Shown in pieces: positions 1-10,680 of a stretch of DNA of 64,000 nucleotides (its first letter is position 1; every line of letters begins with the position of its first letter). The DNA is from Xylographa opegraphella (taxonomy: Eukaryota): contig JALDZX010000041.1 of assembly GCA_022813865.1 (NCBI GenBank), forward strand, positions 1 through 64,000, written 5' to 3'. The notes below the pieces were generated by a model. That model did not search any database and had not been told where the DNA came from. It saw nothing but the letters and a program-made list of their open reading frames with translations. The position numbers were made by a program, and so were the translations under genes.

Positions 1-49
1 AACTAGCCTTCAGGTATTCCTTTATGCCTACCAGCAAGTGATGCTTCTA

Positions 50-389
50 CCAATTAACAATTTTGATCAATATTGTATAAAATAAAAATCGGGGGATTTT
101 TATTTCGATTTTTGCATACAAAAATCAAAAATCTTCTGCTATTTCTGCAGATTTACTTTTTGCGCAAAAAGTATATTTTTGGATCGAATTTTCGTTTTTC
201 CATTTTACTGATGTTAAACTTTGAATTTTGAGCAAGAATTTTTTTGTTAATATATTTTAATTATTTATATAATTTTCTTAATTATATTCGAATTACCAGA
301 ATCATTTATAATTCAGGGCCGAAATATAAAATTATTCGACTTCGCGTTCTTCGATTTCTGCTTACCCTGTTACGGGACGAACCTTGACA
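50..389. mobile_element. AT-rich, hairpin-rich island; probable degenerate (RIP-like) repeat or solo-LTR relic
   Basis: Abruptly AT-rich compared with the flanking genes, with no ORF and several tandem inverted repeats (80-173). It ends in ...TGTTACGGGACGAACCTTGACA, which resembles an LTR end. I found no target-site duplication, so TE identity is inference. Confidence 0.35.
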
Positions 390-458
390 ACGGTTCGTGA
401 TACTTGGGTCTTTCGTTGATACCAGCCCGAGTACCTGGTTTCCTATGGCAACTTGCCA

Positions 459-2487
459 ATGTTTCGTTGTTTCACATATCGAAGCTATTCAACTACGTTT
501 CAAAGGTTGAGCTTGTCTTCAATATGCCGACGCCGTTCCCCTGCAAGGGTATCAAAATGTCTCTGTGCGATCATTTCACGAACTTATACGCACGAACCCT
601 TGCGGAAGCAACTCAAAAATGATGCCAGACGGCTCAAAGATGCTATCAAGCTTTCCCCCAAGCAATCACATGGCAACAAGTCACGCCATGAGGAGTGGGA
701 GCTCACGGTGGGAATTGAGATCCATGCTCAATTGAATGCGGAGCTAAAGCTCTTCTCATGTCAGTCACATTTACACGAAGTCTACTTTAACAGGGTCTAA
801 CAGTCACAGCTGCTTTGACCTCTACGAACGACGAACCAAATGCCAATACCGCACTCTTCGATCTCGCCATTCCGGGCAGCCAACCAGTAGGTTATCTTTG
901 TGGTGCTGGGAATCATCTGTTTTGACCATGATCCAGGTCTTCCAGCCATCAACTTTATTGCCAGCTCTACGGGCAGCGGTTGCCCTTGAATGTGATATAC
1001 AACAGACTAGCAAGTTTGATAGAAAGCACTATTTCTACCAGGACCAGCCTGCAGGATATCAGATAACACAATACTATGGTATGCCATAGGCCGCAAAGGT
1101 GCAGTATAACTCCGCTGATGTCAGTAGAGCCACTTGCGAAGAATGGGCGCATAACGTTGTTCGATCACGATGGGATTGCTCCAGAGGATGGAGACTCTAT
1201 CACAATTGGTATCAAACAAATTCAATTGGAGCAGGATACTGCAAAGACAACACTTCAGCCACCAGATACGATGCTACTGGACTTCAATCGTGTGGGTCAT
1301 CCTCTTATTGAGATCATCAGCCTTCCTCAGATTCATCATCCACAAACAGCAGCAGCCTTTGTTAGAAAAATGCAAAGTATACTGCAAGCTGTCAGTACGG
1401 TAGCGACGGGGATGGAGATGGGTGGTCTTAGAGCCGACGTCAACGTTTCTGTGCGATATAGGGGTTCCATTCCAGGACCATATAGTTACTTCGGTATTGT
1501 AGGGCTTGGTCAACGAACGGAAATCAAGAACTTGAGCAGTTTCAAGGCAGTTGAGGATGCCATAGTCGCAGAAAGGGATCGCCAAATCGGTGTTTTGGAG
1601 CGTGGTGGATCGATCGAGGGTGAAACAAGGGGTTGGACGCTCCGAAGCACCGAAACCATGAGGCTACGAGGGAAAGAGGGCGAAGTAGACTATCGATACA
1701 TGCCTGATCCAGACATTAGTCCTTTGATCATTAGTAAGGTATGATTATCTCAATCTCAATCTATTTGCACGACTGACAAGAACCAGGGACTCATTGAGCA
1801 TATTGAAATATCAAACCCGAAGTTGCCAGACGAGCAGGTCCGAAATCTTGTGGACCAGATGAGGATTTCCCTAAAAGATGCCAAAACACTTGTAGCATTG
1901 GATGATGGTGAACGATTGGATTATCTGTTAGATCTGATTGTCTTCCTGCGACAAGGTGGGAACGCGTCTTGTGCTCAGGATCCCGAGCTTGGGAAAACAG
2001 CAGCAAACTGGCGAGTATGCAAATGCTGTTACGACCTACTGAGCTAACGAGTTCCAGGGTGATCCACGAGTTAGGTGGACTGCTGAGCGCCTCGAATTGG
2101 ACTTTCTCTAGCAGTATAGTCCCGGTTTCGGCCTTAGCCTCCATTATCAACAATCTGATGCAAAACCGGATCACTGGGAGAACAGCAAAGCAACTTCTAT
2201 CACTGGTCTTTGATGGTGATAGTAGGGAGGTAGACACGATTATTGCGGAGGAGAAGTTGAAGCTTGAGGCCCTTTCACCCGAAGAATATGAGGGCTTGGC
2301 GCAGAAGCTGTTGTCCGAGAATCCTGACATGGTAGCGAAGATCAAGGTCAAGGGTCAGGTGGGCAAGCTTCAGTTCTTCGTCGGCCAAATGATGCGGATG
2401 GGTGGTGGAAAAGTGGAAGCAAGGAAAGCAGAAGGCGTTCTGAGGCGACTGCTGAAGCTGGAAGATGGCGTCGCCCAATCTATGTAA
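459..2487 (+). CDS. PET112: Mitochondrial glutamyl-tRNA(Gln) amidotransferase subunit B (GatB/Pet112), multi-exon
   Basis: GatB motifs across exons: [90 protein letters not shown], and a C-terminal [11 protein letters not shown]. The N-terminus ([10 protein letters not shown]...) is Arg/Ser-rich like a mitochondrial presequence. It includes a GC-AG intron at 2011-2057. Confidence 0.95.
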
Positions 2488-2712
2488 GAACTGCACCAGT
2501 TCGGCTTAATTATGCAGCCATAATTTGAATCCCAGTGCAGGCTTCAGGGTCCCTTGATAGACACATAGATGACAAATGTATATACATGGTTATAATAGCT
2601 ACATGTAGGCTTATCATGATAATTCTCCTCCACAAACGCTTTTCTGGTCCACATTGCCAAAACCATATCAGTTTCGCAGCTAACTACCACATATTGCTGT
2701 TATGATATCGCC

Positions 2713-4238
2713 CTATCCGTAGATACTAGAGATTCCGCTCCGTATCAGATTGGTCGGGACCATTTTCTGTATGGCGGTCAACCACACGGTGTAATAGAGC
2801 CTGCGCGAAAATAGTCAGCCTCTCGATGGTGGTCAAACAGGACAACGTTGAACGTACGAAGGGGATCCGTCAGAAGCGTGGCTGCCTGGTTCCAAGCTGC
2901 CAAGGGCGCGTCCATCTGTGCAGCAAGGGGATGAGGTGCCCCATAGAGGGCCGGCCGCCCACGCGGTCCAGCCGATGTACTCGTCGTTGTCATCCATGTA
3001 CTGGATCAGCTGATCGATGTATTGGTCGCACTGTGTGAGAATTGTAAGCTTTGGACGACAAGTCGGAAAATCATAACCGCCAACTTACCATGGTGTTGTT
3101 GTCACCACCGAATTCGGTGATCATTGCCTGATGGCTTGTTAGAAAGCACAAAACAAGGAACGCATTTACGCCACTCACCTTGAGCTGGTAGGTCTTCAGC
3201 CAGTTGGTCAAGCACGCAAGATTAGCGGGTGCGGATTGATTGCAGACGGAGTGCTGGCCACTGAAGTCGTAGTCTAGATACTCGTGGATGTCAATGGCGG
3301 TATTGTTGATTGGGTCGCGGATTTTGTAGAGCTCGTTCGCAGAAGGCTCGTCTCCCTGCGAACTCTGGCACCAAGCATGTCCACCGGTATATCCGTTGCC
3401 AGGAGCGAGAATAAGCTGACGAGCACCAGATTTGCGAATTCCATCAATGGCTGCCTGGTCGTTCTTGAGAACCAGTGTCGTCGGCATGTCATGGGGCTGG
3501 CACAGTCAGACACGCGAACTTATCAAGAACAAGATTCGGATTATTAGAAGTACCTCGTTCATGATACCGAAAATGACCTTCTCGTTGTCCTTGAATCGAC
3601 TTGCGAGCTCGTACCAGAACAATTCGAAATCGATTGTGGTAGCTGCATTCGGGTCCGAGGTATTACCAATGACACTGCCGGTGCCCGGTTGTTGCGATGG
3701 ATCATTGTATCGCATGTAGTTATGGGGATCCAGGATTGCGTACGCGCCTGTAATAAAGGTCAGTGAAACGGCTCGATCAATGAGAAGTGACCCACAAACC
3801 CTTAGTGATTGTTATGTAGTCGATCGCATCTTTATAGAACCCGAAGTGCTAGGTAATATCAGAAGGGTGCAGTCGGAACAGACACCACAGTACGTACCGT
3901 CTCATTGAACTTATACCCTAGACCGTACTCCAAAGGGCACATACGTTCCAGCAGGAATGCTACACGGAAAAGGTTGATCTGTAAGTCAACGCGTCAGTGT
4001 TACCACACCGGATGTGAGAGATGAGACAGTTTACTTTATCTTGGTCAACAAACACATCCACGGTGCTCTTGTTTATGAACGCGTAGTCCACACCAAAGCG
4101 GCCAGGGAGACCGGTGCCCGGTGTTGCAGTTGGGCTGTACACTCCAAACTCGCCTCCACTCTCGGCGACGCCGGCATAGTAGATCCTGGCTGTCGCTCCG
4201 GCTGCTAGCAGCAATAGAGAAGGAATTGAAGAGAACAT
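2713..4238 (-). CDS. Secreted GH5 endo-beta-1,4-glucanase (GH5_5-like), multi-exon, no CBM seen
   Basis: Signal peptide MFSSIPSLLLLAAGATA. Motifs: AGVAESGGEFG, INLFRVAFLLERM, ILDPHNYMRY, catalytic FGIMNE|PHDM (split by an intron), DIHEYLD, nucleophile ITEFGG, and GWTAWAAG. The last exon ends ...ISSIYG* at 2713. Confidence 0.93.
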
Positions 4239-4281
4239 AGCGGCAGAGGGTTGACCAAATTTTCAGCAGGGCGTCGTAGCA

Positions 4282-4687
4282 TTTATACAGGCGGCGTTCC
4301 TGGAACTAGCAGGATGTAAACATCTTGCTTCGGTGACCGCACCGATCCATGGGTGCCCCAACCCCGCACCAGCTACGCAAACATTGAAATCTAGATGCCT
4401 CATTCGGGATCGTAGACAGGTACACTGACGTTTTTCAAACATGGGGTAGAGCACCGAATCCCCTGGTCCGGCCGAGGGAATGCGGACCGTACGCACCACA
4501 TCTCCGAGCAAAACAGGACAAGGTCCACTCGAGGACATGCAGCTAGAGCAGCCACAGAGGCTGGTTGGGATGAGATCCAGGATGCAAGGACGTGCCGGGG
4601 ACGAGATCTCCACGTTCCCCACACCGACAACGGTGTGTCGTGCATGGTGGTAGTTGGGGACATAAAAAGCCTAATTTGCGCGGCTAA
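4282..4687 (-). promoter_or_regulatory. GH5 promoter: TATA box plus candidate ClrB-type, CreA and XlnR sites
   Basis: TATAAA on the minus strand at 4282-4287; CGG-N8-CCG at 4331-4344; SYGGRG matches at 4362-4367 and 4617-4622 (minus); CGGCTAA at 4681-4687. These are short motifs and function is inferred. Confidence 0.4.
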
Positions 4688-5408
4688 TCTCGCAAAGGCA
4701 AGGCACAGAGTATAGGAGTGCAATTCAACAATGCAGATGAAGTGAACTGGCAAAGCATCTTGCACGATTACATCTCTTGTCTACCCTGAGGTCTATCTTG
4801 TCTGTTCCCGGACAGAATTGTCAACGTTGACGCAGCTGGTGGAGGTTGACGTTGTCTCGACCCGAAGTTCACGGGCCGTCCAGCCAGCCGAGCCCCAAGC
4901 GTAGCGCCCAGCTCGCTTCGGTCTAGCGGATCTCCTCACGCTTGCCATCTCCGGGCCCATTTCGTGCACCAAGAAGCACCGAGAGTGACCAAGAGTGACC
5001 AAGAGCAAGCTTTCGGACGTTTTCCCCTACAGCATAGGTAGCGCACACAGCTCTATTACCCGCCTGGATTCCTGGAAACAAATCAATATTGACACGCTAG
5101 CATACAGGAATATACTTTGCAGCTACCGATGGAGGTATTCTAGCTGTGAAAACGTTCCTGGGCAAAGCTTCAAGAGCAGCAGGCCGGGTCAAGTGGCCTG
5201 AGTACAGAGGAGCTGCTGAGGTCATCGTCATGCACTGAATGCTGTCAATAATAATACACAACCAAAGCACCCCAACCGGCACAACATAACCCAAAGCGCC
5301 CGGCCCCTCGATGATTCTCAGCATTGCATGCATAAAATGGCGAGAGGCTTGCTCTCAAATGATCCATTATTTGTCGTTCCCAATTCGCGCGGCCGCAAGT
5401 CACAACTC

Positions 5409-6577
5409 CTAGGCATCCTCACCTTCCCGCTTCGGTCTGCCGCGCCCTAGCGCTGCGTATCCCTTCCGCGCATGACTTCTTTCGCTACAGCACCACGCAC
5501 ACCGTGTCCCAGCCCACCATATGAACGCCACGAGAATGCACAGACCAACACCCAGCAGCGGAAGGTGATCGCCGATCCAGAGGAAGAAATAGTTGTCCCA
5601 GTTCACCCACGTGCCGCCGCGTTCCTGGGTGAAGAAGATCCACGGCTCCACCCCGGGCCGATCATCCATCATGACCCGATGCAGCCGGTTTTCTGGTGAC
5701 GAGCCTGCTGCAGTCCGGTGATAGGCCTGCCAAACGGCTGTCTCAAACCACTGGCCGCTGGCATAGCTAATGGTAACATACGGGAAGAAGTAGTTGTAGT
5801 TGTAGGGAATGAGCGAATTGGTCAGGAGGACCCAGAAAGGGTGGTTTGGGATCGAGGCGAGGATGTTGTTGCTGAGGGCGCCACGTCCACCGTCAGTGGT
5901 CCATGTTGGATAGTAGAGGAGAGGGGTGAGGTCTCGTAAACAGCCCTGTATCAGATCCGAGGTCAGCACGCAAGACGACGAATAGCTTGCGAGACCAAAG
6001 CACCGCGACAGAACCAGATCGAGGGATCTTACGTTGTCGAGGTCAAGGTAGATGCCGCCATATTTAAGCAGTATGAAGTACCTTACGGCGTCGACTCTCT
6101 GAACTGGAAATTTGTAGCCGTCGTAAGTGCTAAGAAACCAGGGATAGTGCGTCTCGATCAGTTCTCGGGATGATTGCTCCGTCCATAGCTATCCGCCAAC
6201 GAGATTAGTACGGTGGTGCTGGTCCAACTTTTTTCAGACTCCTGACCAGGGCCAAGCCTTCCAGGAGCGCAGGAAAGACATACTCTGTATTCCCAACCTT
6301 TGTTCGAATCGATACAAGTTTGGCGCACCTCGTCCCAGTCCGAGGGCATGGTCTGGTTATGAAACTTCCAGTCATGAAAGACTTGATGAATAATTTTTGG
6401 GATCAGTTGCGGTCTTGCATCCACCGACCCCGTCGGATGGGCGTCGGCGATCTCATTCTGGGTGATGGCTATACCCGAATGCTGGAAGAAGAGCTGGACG
6501 AACGCGACCAGGCGAGACATCAAGAAGAGTTGGACCAGGACAACGGCGACGATCACGTAATTTCGTGGGCGCATCAT
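5409..6577 (-). CDS. GT32 glycosyltransferase (Sur1/Csg1 MIPC-synthase-like), 3 exons
   Basis: N-terminal TM segment, IPKIIHQ, FPVQRVDAVRYFIL..YGGIYLDLD (DxD motif), LSNNILAS.PNHPFW, PYVTISYASGQWF, and a C-terminal TM segment. Canonical introns. Confidence 0.9.
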
Positions 6578-7257
6578 ACAGTGGTGGTTGGAGCAGACGG
6601 GTCGACTAGCCCAGACCTTGCGGCTCGTTGCTTCATGAATGAGGTAGCTATTGAAGAGTGACGTTGCAGCAGTGGTAGGATTCCGAAGGGACCACGGAGA
6701 TTGATGAGCCAGAAGTGAAAGGGGGTAGTGCTGACAGCCAGGAGGGTTTCGATGTCCAACAACGACCGTCGCGCACGGCACGCTTTTCGCTGTCGCTCAT
6801 CTCCCACTAGTGCGAAGCCCTCAGCCTCATGGAGAGGAATGGTCTAATCCGAAGCGAGTTAGTCGTATCGGCCTATGAGCCTAGCGCTTTCAAACCTGGT
6901 AAGATACCAGGGTACACGGTACCTAAGGTAAGGCCGTTACCGGTATTTTGCCGGTTTGTAACATCTTTTCATTGCAGCGTAGCTGCTCTAAGGATGAGGG
7001 GGTCCAAATCGAACTTCGGGCGCTAGTGGGGCAGTATTTCCGCTCCGATCTGTAGAATATTCCCTCTTGGGGTTTAGCTCCAGGGGGTCTTGCCTTTCCA
7101 CAACGCTGCATATTGAGCAAGAGGTCCCCTCGCGCTGGATCACCTGGTAAACCTTGCCTCGCTAGTCAAAATATCCACTGTAAAGGTACTCCGTACGGTG
7201 GGTCGATGGCTCCTGTACCCAAGCTTCAATTTGCTCCTCCCTTCTCTCCACCCTTTC

Positions 7258-8076
7258 TCAGCCTAGGCTATCATTTTTGGTTCCGGTGAACATAATCGCT
7301 CCTCCGCCAATCCGTCCATTCAATGGATTATTTAGACCGTCCGTGGCCCAACCCACCAGCTCTGTGAACCCACATCTTTTGTAGAAAACCTCTTTCCCTT
7401 TCGCCGCCATCACGGCCGCGGGCACGCCGTCCTGCCGAGCTCTCTCTAACCCCCACGCAACCAATTGGCGTCCATGTCCATGGTTCTGGTATTGCGGGAG
7501 AACTGCGAGACACGACAGGCTCCAATGGGTCCGGCGCTGAGGAGGCGAGAGATAGTGGTGAGATATGAAAGGCCAGAGTATCGGTTCAAGGGTGGTGGGA
7601 CCTACTTCCGGGGGTTTGGAGGCGGCGCGATTGGGCCACAGCGTATCGAAGATTAACATGACGACGGTCATGGTCCATCGAAGTAGTAGCCCTAATCTAG
7701 AGTGTCAGCATAACAGCGTTCCGGGAACGAACGAGGGAAGCGATTCAGTCCAGCCTTTCGTGTACTTACTCGGATCCCATGTACCCCATACACCCCAAAC
7801 TCTCTCCCATCCTAAGCCTACCCTCTGCCACTCTGCCACTCCAGTCAGGACCTCCTTCCCTTCGTTTCCGTCTTGCTCGAAGCTCACCGCGAACACCCTC
7901 GAATAATCGCACCACCTCACCCAGCATTTCCTTCGCCAGTAGGCCAGATAGTCCTGGTGGTGCTGGGCGCGGTAAGGATGCATCAGGTCGCCAACAACTT
8001 CCTCGTTGTAAAATCCTGCTGCAAAGATAGAGGAGATTGTGAACAAATCTGACAGGCGAGCTACACGGATTGGCAT
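7258..8076 (-). CDS. GNAT-family N-acetyltransferase, 2 exons
   Basis: Starts MPIRVARLSDL. The acetyl-CoA-binding motif A (LAVLPQYQNHGHGRQLV) and motif B (AAKGKEVFYKRCGF) are present. One GTAAGT..CTGAC..TAG intron joins the frames (WDP-R-LLLRW). Confidence 0.88.
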
Positions 8077-8865
8077 GGCTGAGTTCTGGTGTAAATTGCA
8101 AGCATACGCGACTTGGGCACAAACATACACGACTAGGGCACAATGGCGTTCTGGCAATGCTGGTTGAAGAGGGCGAATAACAAGCGGAAGGAGAAAGAGG
8201 GGAGGTAGATGAGTAGAAAGTTTGAACAATATTGAACGGACTCAGCAGCACGACGCATGGGCATTACGAGCGGACAAGATCCTGAGGGATCACCCCGACT
8301 CGCAAAACGCCCTACTCCGTACGGGTACGGTGCTACTCTTTTGAAGGGTGTGGCAGTCACTTTTATATCCGGGGGAGGCAGTGAGATGTTCCCTTACGCT
8401 ACATACATTGATCTCTGAACCTAGTTCTGATGTAACGACTTCTCACGGCAGCCTGAATGAGGATTGCTACTCAAAGGAAATGGCACGAATCATACAACTC
8501 AGAGAGGATATGACGCCGAGTCCACAGTCACATTTACTCTTCGCCAGAGGTGTATCATGTTACGAGCACTATTCTGGGGACGATTGAGGAAATCCGGGCC
8601 CCATCCTACCACCATTCACTACTTCTAGAGCAATAACATGACCCTTTCCGTTGTTTGTCCAAATAGATTGGCATTGGCATTCATCGTCTTTAATAACCTT
8701 GGACATCATACATAACGATAGTCGCCTGACGGAAGTCTAAACACAGCTATACCAAAGTCCGGACCTCACGAGTCTGTATATTTGTGCTCCTTCGATAATG
8801 GTTCGGTCGATAATTGGTATCACAGTACACCAGCATTATGCATGCATGCCAATCAGCCTTCCAGT

Positions 8866-9926
8866 TTACCCTTGGAGTTCACGTGCATGTCTACTCTGAA
8901 TGCTCGTGTGCTGTCCATGGAGTTCCCGTGGTGGGATTGTGCCGTCAGGTGCTTCCAGCAGAACATCTTGATACATCCCTCTATTTGAACCCTGTTGGTC
9001 GGCTCCAAGCTCGAGCACTTTAGCCGATGCGCTTCGATTTCGCCTGTGCTTTTGCCTGCGTCGGAAGAGCAGGAGTATAATCCCTAAAAGCAGTATGAAC
9101 GCCGCGGCAGAGCCGATGCTGATTCCGATTTGTGACCCTGGGGACAGCACAGTGTCCTGAACTGCACTCGTCGTGGCCGTAGCTATCGAGTTGCCCGTTG
9201 TAGAGGGTGCCGTAGTGACCGACCAGATTGTCGTTAAACCCACAGAGTTTGACGTAGTCGCTGAAGTAGCTGATGTACTAACTGGCGGTGTACTTGGTCC
9301 TGCCAAAGGACTTGCCATACTCGAAGTCGATGAAGCAGATGGTGGGGTACTGGGAGCGAATAAGGAAAGGTCATGCTGCTGAAATTCGACGGTTATGGCC
9401 TGGCCCCACATCGTGATGGGACCGGTGATGGTGGTGCTTTCCAATTGCGAATCGCCAGAGCGAGCGACAACCTGTGTAGGACCGCTCTCACTGGGGTACG
9501 TGCTCACGCAACCAGCAAATAGCAGTGACTGCAAGCTGGTGAAATGATCAACTGTACTGTAGGTGGTACTATAAGAGAAGCCTCTGTAAAAATCAGCGCG
9601 AACGATCGTCATTGGAAAATTATCGATAGCGTTTACGTCTGGCAGCAAATTTCTGTGGTGATCGCACCTCCAATAGATATCACGGGGATTGTATAGCCGC
9701 TGGGACATGTTCCTGGACTGAATACTTGAGCTGAGGGAATCCTTCCATTATTTGCAAAGCCCGAGGGAAAGCATGCGGAAGCAATACCATCACCGTCAAG
9801 CGCATTCTGCAGAAGGAGACCTCCGGATACGCTATTGTAGTATTCGGCTTCGTAAGTCCATTGAGAGGTACAAGAGGTAGGCGGAGTGAACACGCTTGTC
9901 AATGGCAACGTTATGGTGTCTGCCAT
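8866..9926 (-). CDS. Single-pass membrane protein: Cys-containing N-terminal domain, Ser/Thr-rich stalk, C-terminal TM (Mid2/mucin-like architecture), 2 exons
   Basis: Exon 1: LPLTSVFTPPTSC...CFPSG...FSPGTCPSGY...CCQT. Exon 2: S/T-rich stalk, TM (IGISIGSAAAFILLLGIILLLF), basic RRRQKHRR, and a cytoplasmic tail with ELxG-type motifs. Confidence 0.8.
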
Positions 9927-10509
9927 GAGTATGAAAACCGACTTTATTTACGGGCAGCAACGCCAGTGGGAAGCACGATGCCCTTGAGATCGTGCCCGCC
10001 TTTACTAAGTGTCGAATCTGTACGATCTCACTAGTAGCTTTACACTGCCTGAAGGATTGAGATCCTCACGGCTCTTATCGACAACGGCTCGCCAGTAGCT
10101 GTAACACGGGAAAATACAATTTGGAGACCCAATCGAACCAGCTTTTCATAAAACAATAAGCAATCGGTGCTCAACTGGCTTGCTGCAATTTAGACGGCAA
10201 TGCAACGCGCCGTTTTCAGAGGGTCCGAGCAAATCTAAAACAATAACAAGCGGATATGCCTTGAAACGCGAAAGAGCAGCACGGTACACATTTTTCTCCA
10301 AGGAGGGAACTTACTATTGAAACAAAGACTACAGAATGCGAGTGGAAATGCTTCAGACAACTAAACATACACCTTGCATAGGGCGATATCACTACTACAT
10401 CCACGCACTTAGGACTTGTCACTTGTGTGAACAAAATATGCACCTTCAAGAGCGAGGGAGGGTGGCGGTGTAGCGGGAGCGAGCGAGACTAGGACCTGGA
10501 CTAGCCAAC

Positions 10510-10531
10510 CAGCGGCTAATGTTAGCCGCTG
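10510..10531. promoter_or_regulatory. Perfect inverted repeat CAGCGGCTAA-TG-TTAGCCGCTG (CGG-N10-CCG), candidate Zn2Cys6 factor site
   Basis: The 10-bp arms are exact reverse complements. It lies 150 bp upstream of the GT61 ATG, in the divergent intergenic region. Confidence 0.4.
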
Positions 10532-10680
10532 CCGAAAACGACGGACCCGAAGTTAAATTAGAGCAAGTCCGCGTTATAGCACGTTGGCCAAGTGATTATT
10601 GTTCATTAGGCGGACACCAGAATCATAGGTCTCCATCTGCGAGCTGACAACCGTAATCATATTGAGGTATCGGTTGAGCA

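Noticed and set aside
74..389. Intact solo LTR bounded by TGT...ACA
   Set aside because: The flanking 5-mers (AATAT versus ACGGT) do not form a target-site duplication and the terminal inverted repeats are poor; kept only as a low-confidence relic.
4982..5005. 10-bp tandem repeat AGAGTGACCA (about 2.4 copies)
   Set aside because: It is a short slippage duplication with no spacers or associated genes.
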